Shown here in pieces: positions 17,220 to 27,018 of a stretch of DNA of 64,000 nt. The DNA lies in the sequence record OQ417969.1, one strand, 5' to 3'. Each line of letters opens with the position of its first letter. Positions within the stretch are counted from its first letter, which is position 1. The notes beneath the pieces are model-generated. The model did not search any database. It worked only from the letters and a program-made list of their open reading frames with translations, and was not told where the DNA came from. The stretch is from Mycobacterium phage prophiT37-1. Both the position numbers and the translations under genes were made by a program.

Positions 17220-18506
17220 ATGCGGGTGCACCTCAGGAGACTGCGCAGTAACTTCTGCGCCGTCCGCGCCGCACTCCTAGCGGTATTCGCCGCCCTCCTT
17301 CTTGCGGCGTTCGGTCACCCCCTGGCCTCCGCCGACCCAACTCCTTTGCCTCCGCCGCGTCCGGTGTATCCGCCGAATCGTCCGATGCCTGCTGATCCGC
17401 CGCGTACCGACAACATTGGTGGCGCGCGTGTGGCCTCCAGCGCCCCCCAGGGTGAAGGCAACGGCACAGGTCCTGCGCTAGCGGCTGCGCGTGAGCGCGG
17501 TGAGGTGACGGTGCCGGTATGGGCATATGACGGCATCCATCTGTCTAGTTCGTGGCCGATGCACAACATTGTCTGGCACCTACCAGGCGAGATGACGTTA
17601 GCCCCAGCGGCGTGGACCGGCGACGGTGGCGCGGTGTATGCCTCCCCGGATGTGGATTATCTGGTTCGCCCGTACGCGGGATCGGGCGCGGACATTGTGA
17701 TCACCCGCAAGACAGTTTTCTCGTCGTCAACCATCCCCTTTGGGCTGCGCTTGCCGGAAGGATCGCATTTGCGACAGGGCGTCAACGCGGTCTTGGTTGA
17801 GTCCGACGCTAGCCCCGGACACCCCGCCTCGACCATCGCTACCGTCTCGATCCCCACCGCCACCGACGCTAACGGTGTCCCCCTACAGGTCACCCCGAGA
17901 CTGGGGCCGGGATTCCCGCAGGGGCAGCAGAACGTGATCGCCGACCTTGGTCCCGCGAACCCGCTGGCTTTCCCGGTGACGATCACGATTGCGTACAGAC
18001 CGGGCGAGCTGCCCACGACGGGGGCGTTGAACCCGGATTGGCAGGGCATGCCCGAGGGCGCCTCACCGCCGAAAATCGTGCCCAACCCGGGTGATTACGT
18101 GTCCGACCCGGAAGGCCGCTACCGGCCCGCCAGTGTGGACCCGGTGTTGTACCGGCAGCGGCACGCCGGGGGATGTCAGGGCGGACCCAACACTTTCGCC
18201 AGCGCGGACGGGCGCACCGCGGATTTCCTGGCGGCGTGTCAGAAACAGCAGATGTGCTACGACGTGACCCCGGCCCGCACCTCTGTAGCTGCCTGCAACG
18301 GGATCTTGTTGTCGGACATGAGCATCGGCTGCACATCCGCATTCGGGCAGACCGGCGATGACTACGAAGCCTGCCTACGGGCTGCCAATGATCAGGTGGC
18401 GTGGGCCAAGGCCAACATGCTGCCCGGCGCCTTGTGTCAGCCCGTCACACCCAATACGAATACCGCGATGCTTCCGGCCACCGGCAACCGCTACTGCACA
18501 ACCTAA
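17220..18506 (+). CDS. secreted Pro-rich / C-terminally Cys-rich protein
   Basis: Internal ATG at 17220 gives a signal peptide (LLAVFAALLLAAFGHPLASA). C-terminal region carries many cysteines. Confidence 0.45.
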   Translation: MRVHLRRLRSNFCAVRAALLAVFAALLLAAFGHPLASADPTPLPPPRPVYPPNRPMPADPPRTDNIGGARVASSAPQGEGNGTGPALAAARERGEVTVPVWAYDGIHLSSSWPMHNIVWHLPGEMTLAPAAWTGDGGAVYASPDVDYLVRPYAGSGADIVITRKTVFSSSTIPFGLRLPEGSHLRQGVNAVLVESDASPGHPASTIATVSIPTATDANGVPLQVTPRLGPGFPQGQQNVIADLGPANPLAFPVTITIAYRPGELPTTGALNPDWQGMPEGASPPKIVPNPGDYVSDPEGRYRPASVDPVLYRQRHAGGCQGGPNTFASADGRTADFLAACQKQQMCYDVTPARTSVAACNGILLSDMSIGCTSAFGQTGDDYEACLRAANDQVAWAKANMLPGALCQPVTPNTNTAMLPATGNRYCTT

Positions 18507-18513
18507 GGCAGCC

Positions 18514-19899
18514 ATGACAATCGACAGACCATCCCGCTACAGCGCAGCGGACAGACCATCGCAGGCATGCACACGACTCGGCCACTACCTCGCGGTCGCG
18601 GCGATGCTGGTGCTCGCACTCATCGCCCAACTCATCAACCCGTATCCGACCGGCACAGTCTGGCCATCCGGTGGCGTGCCGGTTGCCTTCGCTGACCCAT
18701 GGCCAGGACCCGGGCCAGGCCCCGGCCCAGGAGGAGGCTCGGGGCCTCCGGGCGGCGGCACTGAGTTCGTCCCGCCGAATATGCCCGCGCAGATGCCCGA
18801 TTACAGCGGGAACAACAGCCTTCCGCCGCTGGACCAAAGCAATTCGGTCAACATCTACAACCAATCACCGAACCCGGCGCAGCAGGCCCCCGCCCAGCAG
18901 GCCCCGATCCAACAGGGTGGCCCGCCCCAACACGGCGAGCAGCCGCCCGCCTACGACAACGCACCGGGCCAGATCCAGCAGCAGCCCCAGCCCAACCCCG
19001 ACCAGCAGCAACAGCCGGTCCAACAGCAGCAAGAACAACAACCCCAGCAGCAACAGCAACAGCAACAGGAGAATCAGCAACAAGAGCAGCAGCAACAGCA
19101 GGACAAAGACCGGGATCAATGCACTCAGAATCCGGACATCGCGCCGAATAGGCGCACTTTGTCCGCTGCCGAAGATGCGGTGTATCAGGCACTGCGTGGA
19201 GATACCCCTGATAAGGCGCTCCGGGACCGGGTTATCGAACGGTTCGGGCCTCAGCCTGACGGTTGGGAGGCCGATCATGTGGTTCCGGTCAGACGAATTG
19301 TCCAGATACCTGGCTTCTTGCGGCTTTCGCCCAAGGATCAACTGGAAGTCGTGAACCTTGATGAAAACGTCTTCCCGAATACCAAGCGGTATAACGCTTC
19401 ACGCCGAGACAAACTCCCCAGCGAATGGCCAGGCGTGAAGTCTGCCGGTGATCAGATGTCGCCGGAAGAAATGCAGCAGTGGTGCAAGCAGGAAAAGGTC
19501 GCCACGCAGCGGATACTTGAGGAGATCGCCAAGCGCCGGGTCGATTCCAAGACGACACCGAGCACCGGTACGAAACCAGAGACCGGAAATATCCCGGGGC
19601 GCCAGCATCTTCCGCAACCGACCGCACCCGCTACTGCGCCGCCGCAGGCACCCACCAACGTGCCGACTAACGCGCCGACCCAGATGCCTACCGAACACCC
19701 CTCGGCACCAAGTACACCTCCGGTACTGCCTGCTCCACAGATAACGCGTCCGTCCCCGCCCCCGTTCTTCCCCGACGAGCTACCGGTCCGTCCACCCAGC
19801 CCGGCTGAGGAACCGATACTGGTACTTGCTGGCCTCGTCACCGGGGTCGTCGTCGTTGGAGTAATGGCAATCGGCGGTCTCTTGGGAGCTACAAACTGA
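18514..19899 (+). CDS. membrane-anchored Gln/Pro-rich protein with HNH-like nuclease motif
   Basis: ATG at 18514 with aaggcag RBS. N-terminal TM segment. Poly-Q low complexity. EADHVVPV...NLDENVFPN...N resembles an HNH core. C-terminal TM helix. Confidence 0.45.
   Translation: MTIDRPSRYSAADRPSQACTRLGHYLAVAAMLVLALIAQLINPYPTGTVWPSGGVPVAFADPWPGPGPGPGPGGGSGPPGGGTEFVPPNMPAQMPDYSGNNSLPPLDQSNSVNIYNQSPNPAQQAPAQQAPIQQGGPPQHGEQPPAYDNAPGQIQQQPQPNPDQQQQPVQQQQEQQPQQQQQQQQENQQQEQQQQQDKDRDQCTQNPDIAPNRRTLSAAEDAVYQALRGDTPDKALRDRVIERFGPQPDGWEADHVVPVRRIVQIPGFLRLSPKDQLEVVNLDENVFPNTKRYNASRRDKLPSEWPGVKSAGDQMSPEEMQQWCKQEKVATQRILEEIAKRRVDSKTTPSTGTKPETGNIPGRQHLPQPTAPATAPPQAPTNVPTNAPTQMPTEHPSAPSTPPVLPAPQITRPSPPPFFPDELPVRPPSPAEEPILVLAGLVTGVVVVGVMAIGGLLGATN
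18990..19110 (+). repeat. CAG/CAA-rich low-complexity repeat (poly-Gln coding)
   Basis: Runs of cagcag/caacag codons inside the 18514 CDS. Confidence 0.6.
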
Positions 19900-20579
19900 T
19901 GAGTATTCAGATGAAGGTGTCTTTGGGCGTGGCCGTGCTGGCATGGTTACCCGCGACAGCATGCACGGGACCTGATCAACCAGCACCCAGTGACGGGCAC
20001 ATGGTCATCGCCAATGTCCACAAAACAGCGGACGCGTTCCCGGCCGGTTGGAAGGTGGTCAAGAACCCGACCACGACGGTGACCGCGCAGATGGTGGAAC
20101 AAAGCAAGGTGCCGCACCAAGGGCTACAGGTACGGCCCGAGAGCTGCGCGGCCCGCTTGGACATCAACGCCGCAGGCGTCGTGGGGCAGGTCGTCGAGTC
20201 GTTCACGGCCAAGTCCCCCGAGGGCGTAATCATCACCGTATCGGCGGCCAAGTTGCCGGATGGGCCACCGCCGACACCAGATGGCTTGGATTGCCGATAC
20301 GCAACATTCAGCGCTCCGGGCAAAGCTGATGGGATCATCACCCCGGCCGAACTCCCCAATGTGCCCGGGGTGAAGATGCGTGCGGCGCACATCGTCACCA
20401 ATTACGACGACGGCAGCGACCGGGTAGCAGACCAATACAGCTACATCGGCGCAGCCGACGATAAACATCAGGTGACCATGGCAGTCTTCGCGGGACCAGC
20501 CGCCCAGAACCTCCCTAAGATCGACACAGAAATGACCCGCCAGGTCTTCACGAAGGCAATCGAAGCGGTACGAGGATAG
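19899..20579 (+). CDS. lipoprotein
   Basis: Signal peptide plus lipobox-like LPATAC. ATGA overlap start. Confidence 0.5.
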   Translation: MSIQMKVSLGVAVLAWLPATACTGPDQPAPSDGHMVIANVHKTADAFPAGWKVVKNPTTTVTAQMVEQSKVPHQGLQVRPESCAARLDINAAGVVGQVVESFTAKSPEGVIITVSAAKLPDGPPPTPDGLDCRYATFSAPGKADGIITPAELPNVPGVKMRAAHIVTNYDDGSDRVADQYSYIGAADDKHQVTMAVFAGPAAQNLPKIDTEMTRQVFTKAIEAVRG

Positions 20580-21362
20580 GTGATCATGCCAGGGGCACTG
20601 GATGAATTCCGTGCGTACATCCGCAACGACATCAGCGGATACACAACTGAACTCATCACGGTTGATCAGCTAGATGATGCTGATCGAGCGAAACTGCCTG
20701 CGGCGTGGTTGGACATACTTCGGCACGACGAACACGAGACGGTCCAAGCCGCAATCCAGGCGTGGCAACGCTGCATGCCTGACAGGTTTCCTGAATTCCT
20801 GGCAGGCTTCGCGCAGAACGGGTTTGGCGTGTACCTCGCAAGGAGCGCCCGGCCGGAGCCAGAGGCAGCCCACACGACTCTTGTGTACGCGTTCGACAAT
20901 GCACAGCTATACCCCCAAAGATTCCATTACCGGCTGGGGTTCCTGCCGAACACAGATCCCGAGCTACCGGAGTACTGGCCCAACATCCCGCCCGAACTCC
21001 GGGCCTTTTATCGCGAGCTACACGACGGCTTCCTCGACGAAATTGGCGCAGCCCCCGGTGGTCTAGAACGAGTCGCAAATTTCTGGCCCTTAGGAAACGA
21101 GGGGCCAGACCCAGCCGACGTAATCTACGTCGCCAGGGACAGCGCCGGAAACAAATACGAACTCCCAGAAGCACAATGGCCAGACCTCACGAAACTGATC
21201 CCCGTCTGCCGTAACCGCGGGCGCGCGCGAATCCTCATCGACATCAGTAGGCCCGCACCCGAGGCAGCATGGGAATGGTGGGACGGCGACCTCGAAGCTG
21301 TCCCAGCACTTTGGCCCGATCTAGACCTATGGTTGGTCCGACTATTCGACATCCGGAGCTGA
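20580..21362 (+). CDS. hypothetical cytoplasmic protein (possible SUKH/Smi1-like immunity protein)
   Basis: ORF track. The LPEYW...FYRELHDGF pattern is only weakly reminiscent of SUKH domains. Confidence 0.4.
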   Translation: MIMPGALDEFRAYIRNDISGYTTELITVDQLDDADRAKLPAAWLDILRHDEHETVQAAIQAWQRCMPDRFPEFLAGFAQNGFGVYLARSARPEPEAAHTTLVYAFDNAQLYPQRFHYRLGFLPNTDPELPEYWPNIPPELRAFYRELHDGFLDEIGAAPGGLERVANFWPLGNEGPDPADVIYVARDSAGNKYELPEAQWPDLTKLIPVCRNRGRARILIDISRPAPEAAWEWWDGDLEAVPALWPDLDLWLVRLFDIRS

Positions 21363-21370
21363 CGCCGCGT

Positions 21371-21940
21371 TTACCCCACGCCGTCCGGGTGACTGGCGTC
21401 GCTCGCGACCTCTTCTGGGGCCGTCTCTCGGGCAATGACTTTCCAGTACCTCAGGGCCGCCGAAGGGTCGGGAAGGTTCACCGGAAACAGCTCGGTATCG
21501 CGGCGCGGCAACTCGGACTGCGCGGGGAGTTCGCGCATGGCTGTCAGCTGGGACCACTGGTACCCGATGCGGTTCCACCACGGGTACCTCGCTGGCCGGT
21601 CGTTTACTGAGTTGGACACTTCGGAAGGTGTCGGTAGCCCCTGCCGGTTGAGGATGTCCTTTACCCCGGGGCCTCTAGCCAGCGAGTACGCCGCCTCATA
21701 CCTTTCAGCGGCCTTGCGAAGTGCAGTCAGGGCATCGTCCTGCCGCTCCCAGCTGACCTCTGCATACCAGACCTTCGCGTAGATGGCGTAATACTGCGGC
21801 AGCACATAGAAAGAGCGCTCCCGCAGTATTTCCCGCGGGGCGCGCTCCATCGCTTCGTCGAGGACCCTGAGCAGGTCCTTGGTGATGACGAAGTCCTCGT
21901 AGGCGTCCATCGTGGACAGGTACACCTCTGACAGGTTCAT
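21371..21940 (-). CDS. hypothetical protein
   Basis: Minus ORF 21371..22036 trimmed to the internal ATG (MNLSEVY). Confidence 0.4.
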   Translation of the reverse strand: MNLSEVYLSTMDAYEDFVITKDLLRVLDEAMERAPREILRERSFYVLPQYYAIYAKVWYAEVSWERQDDALTALRKAAERYEAAYSLARGPGVKDILNRQGLPTPSEVSNSVNDRPARYPWWNRIGYQWSQLTAMRELPAQSELPRRDTELFPVNLPDPSAALRYWKVIARETAPEEVASDASHPDGVG

Positions 21941-21993
21941 AGTGCCGACCCTAAACCGCAGAACACAAACCGCGCTGGCTACTCGGCAGTCTG

Positions 21994-22353
21994 ATGTCCC
22001 GCCGCCCGTGGCACGATTGCTGCATGGCACTGACATTGGACTCGAACCACCTACGCCAGTCTGTCGTTGAGCTGCGCAGACTTGAGGACAGCGTGCGCCT
22101 TAACCCTGACGCCGTCTTTTGGTCCGAGCTAAAGCGGATCGCCGAGTCGGTGGGCGTTGACAAAAACGACCCGGTCACACGACCACTGGCCGAACTGATT
22201 GCCGAGAAGGAACAAATCCAGAAGGTCACCGGCGATGTGGTGCGCCTGTTCGTGGACGTGGTGTGGCGTGCCGCCCGTCTGGTCGAGGGATTGCAGGACG
22301 AGATCTACCACATGACGCGGCCAGTCATTCACGACCAGCCCTACACGGGGTAG
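21994..22353 (+). CDS. hypothetical protein
   Basis: ORF track. Followed by a strong terminator. Confidence 0.4.
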   Translation: MSRRPWHDCCMALTLDSNHLRQSVVELRRLEDSVRLNPDAVFWSELKRIAESVGVDKNDPVTRPLAELIAEKEQIQKVTGDVVRLFVDVVWRAARLVEGLQDEIYHMTRPVIHDQPYTG

Positions 22354-22437
22354 GCCCCGACACACCCGTCTGACCTGCGTACGGGCCTGCGCCCGTATCA
22401 CGTGTTATACATATGTCGTTGGCACCGCTGTGCCTTG

Positions 22438-22473
22438 AACGCCCCCGGACACCACCCGGGGGCGTTTTCGTTT
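22438..22473 (+). terminator. rho-independent terminator
   Basis: Stem AACGCCCCCGG/CCGGGGGCGTT around loop ACACCAC, followed by TTTTCGTTT. Confidence 0.65.
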
Positions 22474-22811
22474 ATCCGCTTCCCGCCCCGCGCCGCGTCA
22501 ACCCGGTACCGCTGATACTGCCGGTAAGCGCGCGACCCCAGGTTCGCCGCGTGCTCGGCGCCGGGGTCACCAGGTACGCCACCACATCGCCGCCCGGCCT
22601 GTCGGGCGGGTGGTACGCCGATGCCCAGGACGCCCCAACTCCTTGGGGGTGAGGGCGCGCTGCGCTGCGCTGGCGGGAAGCCCCAAGGCCGGTGCACCGG
22701 GCCGCCATTTGCCCTCGCGTGGAACAAGCTGGGCAGCTGTCGCGTCACGGCCGAACGGGTAACTAGGCCCGGTGTACCTCAAACATGCTGTTACACAGGG
22801 AGACACACGTA

Positions 22812-23117
22812 ATGGACGATTCTCCAATCCCCTCCGGTCAACGTCCATCAAACACACTGATCGACCGGCTGCTGGACAAGCTGATTGACCGAGTACTGGA
22901 CCGCGTGTTCGCGCGAATCGGTGAACTTGACGACAAGTTGCCCGTGATCGCCGACGCCGTTACCCGCGCAATCCTGGACCGCGCGGGCCTCAACAAGTTC
23001 GACGAACTGGCTAAAACCATTGTGACGGAGCTGCTTTCGCGTCTGCGTGGTCTCCCGTCCATCCCCTTCAAGTCCCTCTTCCCCAACCTAGGAGACCCTG
23101 ATGGCCGCACGCCTTGA
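22812..23117 (+). CDS. hypothetical protein (first gene after the putative cos region)
   Basis: ATG at 22812 preceded by agggagacac RBS. Confidence 0.4.
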   Translation: MDDSPIPSGQRPSNTLIDRLLDKLIDRVLDRVFARIGELDDKLPVIADAVTRAILDRAGLNKFDELAKTIVTELLSRLRGLPSIPFKSLFPNLGDPDGRTP

Positions 23118-23445
23118 GATCCGCTTCAACGACCGCGTCATCTACTTGCAGGATGTCGACGAATACACCATTGACCTCACCGCGGAGGGCACGGTAACGC
23201 TGGCCGCCGTCGAGTCCGGGCGTCGTGCCGCCCCCGCCGTCCCGACGGGCACCGTCATGGACGGCGTCATCAACCTCGACGGCGTGCCACCGGAGTCTGT
23301 CGTGATCGCGCCGGACGCCCACCTCAGCGATGCCACTCATCAGGACCCCGAGGTGCTGGAGACCGTGCACACCGGCGAGGCGTACGCCACCGGCGCCGAG
23401 GACGACACCCCGGCGGACACCGGTAAGGGTGCCAAGGGCAAGTGA
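23101..23445 (+). CDS. hypothetical protein
   Basis: ORF track. Confidence 0.45.
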   Translation: MAARLEIRFNDRVIYLQDVDEYTIDLTAEGTVTLAAVESGRRAAPAVPTGTVMDGVINLDGVPPESVVIAPDAHLSDATHQDPEVLETVHTGEAYATGAEDDTPADTGKGAKGK

Positions 23446-23924
23446 GCGCTCTGCCAGAATCGTTCACGGTCAGCTACGACACCTGGGCAGGTGTCGCCGA
23501 CCGCCAGACCGACCCAGACAACGAGCCGGATATCCGGCCCGTCACCGGCACCATCTTGTTCCGGTACCGGGTGCCGTCCGGCTGGGCGTTCCGCGCCGCC
23601 GAGTACAACCCACGCCCCACCGACTTCGCGCTCGACACCTTCACCGCCCGCCTCGACGAGGGCCGGTTGAAGCAGCTGGATGGCACGGTCAACGTCAAGC
23701 TCATCGCCAACACCCCGCTCCTGGCGTGGGACCAGCCGCTGTACATCGACATCAGCTTCTCCAACATCGTGTTCAACCGCGGTGACCGGTCATGGCGGAA
23801 CTTCGCCATCGTCGCCCCCACCACCGGTGGTGGGACGGTCAACCTGACGACGGTGCAGCGGTACCCGTTCCTCACGCCGCAGCAGTACGAGGGCTGGTTC
23901 CAGAACCACCCGGCGCCCGTCTGA
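23442..23924 (+). CDS. hypothetical protein
   Basis: GTG start with GTGA overlap. ORF track. Confidence 0.45.
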   Translation: MSALPESFTVSYDTWAGVADRQTDPDNEPDIRPVTGTILFRYRVPSGWAFRAAEYNPRPTDFALDTFTARLDEGRLKQLDGTVNVKLIANTPLLAWDQPLYIDISFSNIVFNRGDRSWRNFAIVAPTTGGGTVNLTTVQRYPFLTPQQYEGWFQNHPAPV

Positions 23925-24295
23925 TGCGCGCCGGTGTCGTAGTCGCACGCAGCCGTGTGGACGGCGAGCGGCTGGCCGAACTACTGGACCTGACCGGCTG
24001 GCAGATCATCACACCGGGACAGTCCAGCCAGGGGCGCCGCTGCAAGCCCGTGGTGATCACCACCGACCCCGACCTCCTCACCCCGGACGTCGTGGCCACC
24101 GTCGCAGGCATGGCGTACCCGGCGTCCCAGCCGCTGACCTTCTACACCCTGCTCCTCACACTGCCCACCCCCGCCGCACCGGCACCGCGCGCCCCAGAGG
24201 TGTGCAGGCACTGCGGCCAGCAGCTCGGCGGCACATGCCCCGGTTGCCACCGCCGCCAGCACGACCACACCAAGAAGAAGTGCTACCTGTGCTGA
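23924..24295 (+). CDS. hypothetical zinc-finger protein
   Basis: Internal ATG at 23924 overlaps the upstream stop. C-terminus has CRHCG...CPGCH...CYLC. Confidence 0.45.
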   Translation: MRAGVVVARSRVDGERLAELLDLTGWQIITPGQSSQGRRCKPVVITTDPDLLTPDVVATVAGMAYPASQPLTFYTLLLTLPTPAAPAPRAPEVCRHCGQQLGGTCPGCHRRQHDHTKKKCYLC

Positions 24296-24672
24296 CCCAA
24301 CCCGCCCTCCACGACCCGCTGCTGCGAGCAGTGGTCGACGAGGCAGGTCTGACCATGACCTGCAACCTATGGCTCCAAGGAGACCCAGTCATGTTCCACA
24401 GCACCCCCGCCAGTCACGTCGACATCGAGCACCGGTTCAACTACCACCGACCCGATGTCGACCAGGTCACCCGACACGAGAGCATCCGTGGGAAGTGCCG
24501 GGACCTGGCGCACGACCTCGACTCGATCCTCCCGCCGGGCCGCGAGAAGTCCCTCGCGTTGACCAAGCTGGAGGAAGTCCTGATGTGGGGCAACGCAGCC
24601 ATCGCCCGCGAGGTCCCACGGGAGCCGATCGCCAACGCCCACCAGCCCGTCATCCAGGACCACCACGCATGA
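24289..24672 (+). CDS. hypothetical protein (start uncertain; ATG 24355 is an alternative)
   Basis: Part of the 24202 ORF. GTG at 24289 overlaps the upstream gene. ATG at 24355 has a gaggcagg RBS. Confidence 0.35.
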   Translation: MLTQPALHDPLLRAVVDEAGLTMTCNLWLQGDPVMFHSTPASHVDIEHRFNYHRPDVDQVTRHESIRGKCRDLAHDLDSILPPGREKSLALTKLEEVLMWGNAAIAREVPREPIANAHQPVIQDHHA

Positions 24673-25112
24673 CCACCGCAGAGCAGGTCCACCAGGACGC
24701 CGTCGCTGGCCCGAAGGTCACCGTGGTCACCGTCAGCGGCGACCGCCAGCACGGCAAGACGCACATCCTGCTCGACCTCGTCGCCGGTGAGCTTCGGCGC
24801 GGCCGGTTCGTGCTGTACGAGACGTCGGACTGGCCCGTGGCGCAGGAGCACCACCGCAACCTCGTCGACGTCCATCTCATACCGGGCATCGACGTGCTGG
24901 AGCGGGTCTGCCGCAGTGCTAACGACCTGTCCGTCCGGCACCGTTCCGGCGGCCGGGTCCAGTTCCTGTCCATCGGCCGGAGCCGCAGCGGTGCGCACTA
25001 CCGGGCCGACACGTACGTGTTCGACGACGTCCCGGTACCGCGGGAGCTGCTATACGGTCCGCCCGCCCGCATATATCACGCGCCCCGCGCCGATGATCGG
25101 CCGTTCTGGTGA
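24669..25112 (+). CDS. small P-loop NTPase-like protein
   Basis: ATGA overlap start. Walker A-like GDRQHGKT. Confidence 0.45.
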   Translation: MTTAEQVHQDAVAGPKVTVVTVSGDRQHGKTHILLDLVAGELRRGRFVLYETSDWPVAQEHHRNLVDVHLIPGIDVLERVCRSANDLSVRHRSGGRVQFLSIGRSRSGAHYRADTYVFDDVPVPRELLYGPPARIYHAPRADDRPFW

Positions 25113-25540
25113 GCAACCAGCGCACCATCCGCGCCGTCATCCCGGTCCTTCCCGACATGGACATGGACCAGGTGCTCTGGCACACCCGCGAGTCGATTGA
25201 GACCACCGCGGCGGCCGACGGCCTCACCGTTGTCGCGGTCACGTCGGCCGTAATACCGGTCGACGCCCTGCCGAAGGACCCGAACACCGGTGTACCGCTC
25301 GCAGCCGCCAACCTTGACCGGCCACTCGCCGAGTACACGTTCTGCGAGTTTGTAGCGACCGTGGAGCGACCCGAGGCTGACACCAGTAACCCCCCATGCG
25401 GCTACTGCGGACACCCCTCCCACGCCGACGGCAAGTGCGAGCACCCGGCACCCGACTGGCTCGGCGGCCCAGACGCCCTGTGCACCAGCTGCCCCGGTGA
25501 CGCCGACGTCCGCGGCCATAAACCCGTGGGTCTCCACTGA
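25109..25540 (+). CDS. hypothetical Cys-rich protein
   Basis: GTG start. ORF track. Confidence 0.45.
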   Translation: MSNQRTIRAVIPVLPDMDMDQVLWHTRESIETTAAADGLTVVAVTSAVIPVDALPKDPNTGVPLAAANLDRPLAEYTFCEFVATVERPEADTSNPPCGYCGHPSHADGKCEHPAPDWLGGPDALCTSCPGDADVRGHKPVGLH

Positions 25541-25842
25541 TGACCGGCCAGCGCGTAGGCGTCGTGATCGACGGCGTTGTGTACATCGACCACGTGAGTG
25601 GCAAGAAATATTCAGGGGTCCACGTCACTGACGGACTTACACCTGATTTAGAACCATCCGCCTGCCCGTCGCGCCGGTCACCGGACCCACTCGCCCGTGC
25701 CCTCGCGCTCATCACCGACGCTCACGACACGGTCCGCTATCTGACCGCGCCCCGCTGGAAGCGGCCACTGCTGCGCATGCTCACCAAACACAAGCATTGC
25801 CGCGGTCGAGCACTCCGGCTCCTGCAACCTGGGCGTTCCTAG
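25540..25842 (+). CDS. hypothetical protein
   Basis: ORF track. Confidence 0.4.
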   Translation: MTGQRVGVVIDGVVYIDHVSGKKYSGVHVTDGLTPDLEPSACPSRRSPDPLARALALITDAHDTVRYLTAPRWKRPLLRMLTKHKHCRGRALRLLQPGRS

Positions 25843-26087
25843 TGAAGGAGCAGGTCACCCAGTCGAGCGGTTCCGTCATCCGTCTGGACGACCACCGCAC
25901 CGTGGCCACCTCTAACCACCGCTGCATCAAGTGCGGTAGTGAGTGGTTCCGGCTGGACGGCACCCTGGCCGGACCCGGCGCACCCGCCCACGGCGCCGTG
26001 GTCCTGGCCGCGGACGACCGCATCCGCATCACCGGCTACTGCGGCACACCCCGCTGCCTGGAGTGCGGCCACCTGGTGGCGGTCTAG
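25842..26087 (+). CDS. hypothetical zinc-ribbon protein
   Basis: GTG at 25842. CIKCG...CLECG motifs. Confidence 0.4.
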   Translation: MKEQVTQSSGSVIRLDDHRTVATSNHRCIKCGSEWFRLDGTLAGPGAPAHGAVVLAADDRIRITGYCGTPRCLECGHLVAV

Positions 26088-26839
26088 TGCTGTACGTGGT
26101 GACTGGCCCGCCTGCCGCTGGCAAGTCCACGTGGGTACAGGCCAACGCCCAGCCCGGCGACATCACCATCGACTACGACGCCATCGCCAGCGTCCTCACC
26201 CCGCCCCACGGTGACCCCCACAGCCACCCCGAGCATGTGAAGGCCGTAACGAAGGCAGCCCGGCAGGCAGCCATAGACGCCGCCGTCCTACTGATCGCCA
26301 CCACCGACGTGTACGTCATCCACTCCACCCCCAGCGAGGCCCTGCTCACCAAGTACCGGGCACTGGGCGCAGAGGTCGTCACCATCAACCCCGGCAAGGA
26401 CGTAGTACTCGCCCGCGCCCAGCAGCAGCGGCCCCACAACATCCAGCAGGCAGCACGCCACTGGTACGAGACCCACGACGAAGCGCCCACCACACCCGTG
26501 GACCCCGCCAACGTCCAGGGCCTGGATGCAGACGGACGCCCACGCTCCCGCGCCTACCGCAAGCTCGTCGCCGACTTCCGCACAGCCTGCGCCCACCACA
26601 CCAACGACGACGGCACCACCGGCGCACCCTGCTGGATCTGCCACCACCCCATCGACTACACCATCACCGACCCCTACCACCCCGACGTCTTCAACGCCGA
26701 CCACGCCGCACCCGTCAAGGAACGCCCCGAGCTGGCCATGGACATCAACAACCTCCGGCCCTCCCATCGCGACTGCAACCTCAAACGCGGCACCGACGAC
26801 GCCCACATCGACATCGGTTTGCCCTCAGAGCAGTGGTGA
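26087..26839 (+). CDS. HNH endonuclease with N-terminal P-loop kinase-like domain
   Basis: Walker A GPPAAGKST at the N-terminus. C-terminal HNH motif CWICHH...NADHAAPV...NLRPSHRDCNLKRG. Position upstream of terminase is typical for cos-phage HNH. Confidence 0.6.
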   Translation: MLYVVTGPPAAGKSTWVQANAQPGDITIDYDAIASVLTPPHGDPHSHPEHVKAVTKAARQAAIDAAVLLIATTDVYVIHSTPSEALLTKYRALGAEVVTINPGKDVVLARAQQQRPHNIQQAARHWYETHDEAPTTPVDPANVQGLDADGRPRSRAYRKLVADFRTACAHHTNDDGTTGAPCWICHHPIDYTITDPYHPDVFNADHAAPVKERPELAMDINNLRPSHRDCNLKRGTDDAHIDIGLPSEQW

Positions 26840-27018
26840 CGCTGAAACGCCCTGTACGCCCCCGTGCCACAGAGGACCGATGACACCCGACACCCCACAA
26901 ACGGCCGTCTCAGGGCCAACCAGAGGGGTAAGGGGCCTCCGAAACTTCAAACGCCCAGCCGAGGCCCATGCCGCCCGGCTTGTGTCCTCCCCCCCCGACG
27001 AAAGTTGACGGAATCCAC

